In this document: positions 61,395 to 64,000 of the stretch, piece by piece
Layout: every line of letters starts with the position of its first letter
Numbering within the stretch: the first letter of the stretch is position 1
Assembly (NCBI RefSeq): GCF_036971445.1
Contig: NC_091470.1
Location: 158,534,001-158,598,000, forward strand
Source of the DNA: Narcine bancroftii
Taxonomy: Eukaryota
Direction of reading: 5' to 3'
DNA: 64,000 nt
Translations under genes and position numbers: made by a program
The notes under the pieces: generated by a model
What the model saw: the letters and a program-made list of their open reading frames with translations, nothing else
Database searches by the model: none
Told to the model about the DNA's origin: nothing

Positions 61395-62558
61395 GTCAGT
61401 CATTATTGTCAGCAGATTTAGTAGGAGGTGACAAAGAGGCAGGAATTTTGCAACCTGTTAACTTTCTATTGATTCCATCCTTTACTAGAGACAGCCATTA
61501 ACTTGCACATTGCCTTTTATGAGATTTTGATGGGAGCTTTCCCAACTGAGTGATTAGGTTTCGAAATCAAATCAGACACCCCTTGTAATGCATGTTGACC
61601 TTCAGTGATTTCCAGAGTGTACTTTGATGTGCCAGGACACCATTTCAACATTTCCAGTATCAACCAATGCTACCGGTGCACAAAATTGGTGGTACATTTC
61701 TCCAGTAGCATCTGATCATGCACTGGGCACTGAGTTGTTGACTTTGAAGCTCTTCTGGTACTGTATGACTAAGAATTTCTTTCTTCATTCCTGCGCCACA
61801 CATGGAGGAAGTCACCTTCTGTGTTTCTGTAGGCTGCTTTGGACCAGTTTGAGGAACTGTTGCAAAACTATACTGGAATGCAGTATTCAGAATTTAAATG
61901 TAAACCCAGGGCTTATTTAATTCTTCCACATCAATGTACTCTGCTGCTGTACTATTTTATGGGGTTTTTTTGGGTACTGCCTTTCAGTTTTATAATTCCA
62001 GATAAATTATTAACTAGGAAGCAGCTTCACTAAAAATTAGTGCCGCCAATCTGGTGATCTTCATTGGGCAATATCTTTTGTCTAAATAATTCTGGGTTTC
62101 CTGAAACAATGCATCTTCAGAATAAGGCTGATGTTGGTCTTTGCTAATTTTGTTTCATATTCATTCTCTCAGCCCCCTGGGTACATGAGGCAGTGCTTTG
62201 GGAAGCGAATTCCAAATTGAACCGTTGATGCATTTATTTCCATTATAGCACTCCTTCCAAATGGCATTTAATTTTTTTCATTTGTAAGCTTAACTGCAGA
62301 ATGTCAAACTGGGTACGAAGAACATTTTTTTTCCTGGTATGACAAAGAGGAGACAGAAGGCTGTCTGCCTTTTCCTCTCCCTAGCTAAACAACTAAAATT
62401 GTTCATTGTGCTAACTGGCATCCTGGTTACGGCTAATTCTGAACTGACGAAAAATGCAACCTGGATGTTTCCCAAAATAGTTCGGTGGATGGTATAATTA
62501 CCACTACAAATGAATGAGAAACTGATTAAAAAAATTGTTTCTGGTTTCAACTCCACAG

Positions 62559-63410
62559 ATTGGCAAAGAAAAGGAGAACACCCAAAAAGAAGAGAGCCAA
62601 ACTTGAGGACCTTGATATTAAAAATGCAGAAATACACCAGTCAAAGGAAGAAGATGCAAAGATTGAGGAAGATTGTGGTTTGGAAACACAAGATGAACAA
62701 AGTATGAAATTGAATACGCAGAAATCATCTGAAATTCCTGGTACTGAGGAGGACACTAATCCTGAGGACATGGTGCTACAAGTGACTCGATTAGAGTCTG
62801 ATGCAGATGCTTCCCAGCCAGGTTTACAGATACCACAGATGAAGGATACATCCATGAGCAGCGTGGGGAATCCTTTGAGCAAGGTAATGGAACAGCTTAA
62901 TGAAGCAACTGATGCCAACACTTGGATGTCAGATGATGGTCACCTCGAACAGCCCTTTCGGACTTGTGCCCCGGGGAAAGCCCCGGATGAGCCTCCATGT
63001 AGCGAATATAGTGAGCGGATGCAACCCTCCATGGAGTTCTACAGGTTTGCCCTTGAGAGTCCAGGTGCTAGTACAACAGGTAGCTGCAACTATGACTTTG
63101 CAGGGGATGGCCAACCAACGAATGTTTTTAGTAGCCATGAAACTGCTGGCGCAGAAACGTGCCAAGAAATCATACCTGACTCTGTAATGGTGCAGGGGGT
63201 TAGAGAGGAAGTTGATGTCCCGGTGGGTCAAAACTCAGAGAATGCAGAGGCTATTTCAGGACATGATGACCAGTCTGATAATGTAAATGGCATGGTGAGT
63301 GAGACTAGCCTGGAGCAGATGGAAATTCAGACTTCGGCATCTGAAGATGAAGTGGAAAATGACGCAGCTCAAAACAGTCCATCAGAATTGACCCACCCAT
63401 CAGACTTCAG
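62559..63410 (+). CDS. PLEKHM2: PLEKHM2 exon 9 (large acidic disordered exon; gene continues beyond the window)
   Basis: Encodes LAKKRRTPKKKR...PGLQIPQMKDTSMSSVGNPLSKVMEQLN...MEFYRFALESP...THPSDF(R). Splice sites ccacag| and |gtaagg. Confidence 0.95.
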
Positions 63411-64000
63411 GTAAGGTGCATTGGATTATTTAAATGCTTCTATGTTTAATTGAAAATGCAGTTAATTCATAAAATAGTACAGAAAATTTTAGCTTAATAT
63501 TTGCCTTAGAATCGTACACGATGAATTAACTTCTGTAACATTGGTACGAAGAACAATTATAGGTTTCCTTAATTTGTACTTGGCAATTTGGACATGAAGG
63601 TTATGGAAACTTTGTGATGCTCTTATTTTTTTTTTAAAAATCTCCAAACAGGTCATAGTTTGTATTACACATAATGAAACATTGAATACATTAAAATAGC
63701 TGTGTGGTTCTGATAGTTCCAGAAATGTCCTGAATGACACTATTTTCTTCAAGATTTTTTTATGTAACCACTTTGAATTGATTCATGCCAGTGTCCCATA
63801 TCTTGACCAGCTTAGGTTTAATCTGTGCGGTGTTCAATTTGTATGTGCGGAGTTGTGTTTTGTTCACCTCTGGTTGAGGGAGTAAATCAAATGAATAATG
63901 AGCAGTGATGTGAAGTAGGGTGCTGGATTAAACGCTGGCCTTGCACTCAAACAAGATTTCAGAGGTAAATTTCAAACTGATAGTTTTCCTATGACTGAAT

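Noticed and set aside
62900-63231. Alternative-frame and antisense ORFs over PLEKHM2 exon 9
   Set aside because: They are shadow ORFs of a real coding exon with no independent support.

Overview
This is vertebrate genomic DNA, probably from a cartilaginous fish (inferred from V-SINE/HE1-like SINEs, Penelope-like elements and CR1/Rex/L1/RTE LINE debris). Most ORFs in the track are spurious. The real genes are spliced and were rebuilt by hand. (1) A probable first coding exon of a CLC-K chloride channel (CLCNK) lies on the minus strand at 1472-1583, head-to-head with HSPB7. (2) HSPB7 is complete with 3 exons (+, 12347-20028, 171 aa), has a TATA/MEF2 promoter, and needs a GC donor in intron 1. 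(3) Coding exons 1-9 of PLEKHM2/SKIP (+, 31910-63410) include the RUN domain and the W-acidic kinesin-light-chain motifs; the gene continues past the window end. The rest is dense, often nested transposon sequence, with one assembly gap (8410-8560). The most notable points are: hammerhead-ribozyme-like motifs with covarying stems in Penelope-derived repeats; a Penelope insertion in the PLEKHM2 promoter that carries a copy of nearby intron-1 DNA; a 5'-inverted (twin-primed) RTE LINE with a 10-bp TSD; an overlapping uORF on PLEKHM2; and a 60-nt cassette exon carrying the second W-acidic motif, followed by RBFOX motifs. I found no convincing wholly new multi-gene system. Gene and repeat names come from recalled sequence similarity, not database searches.
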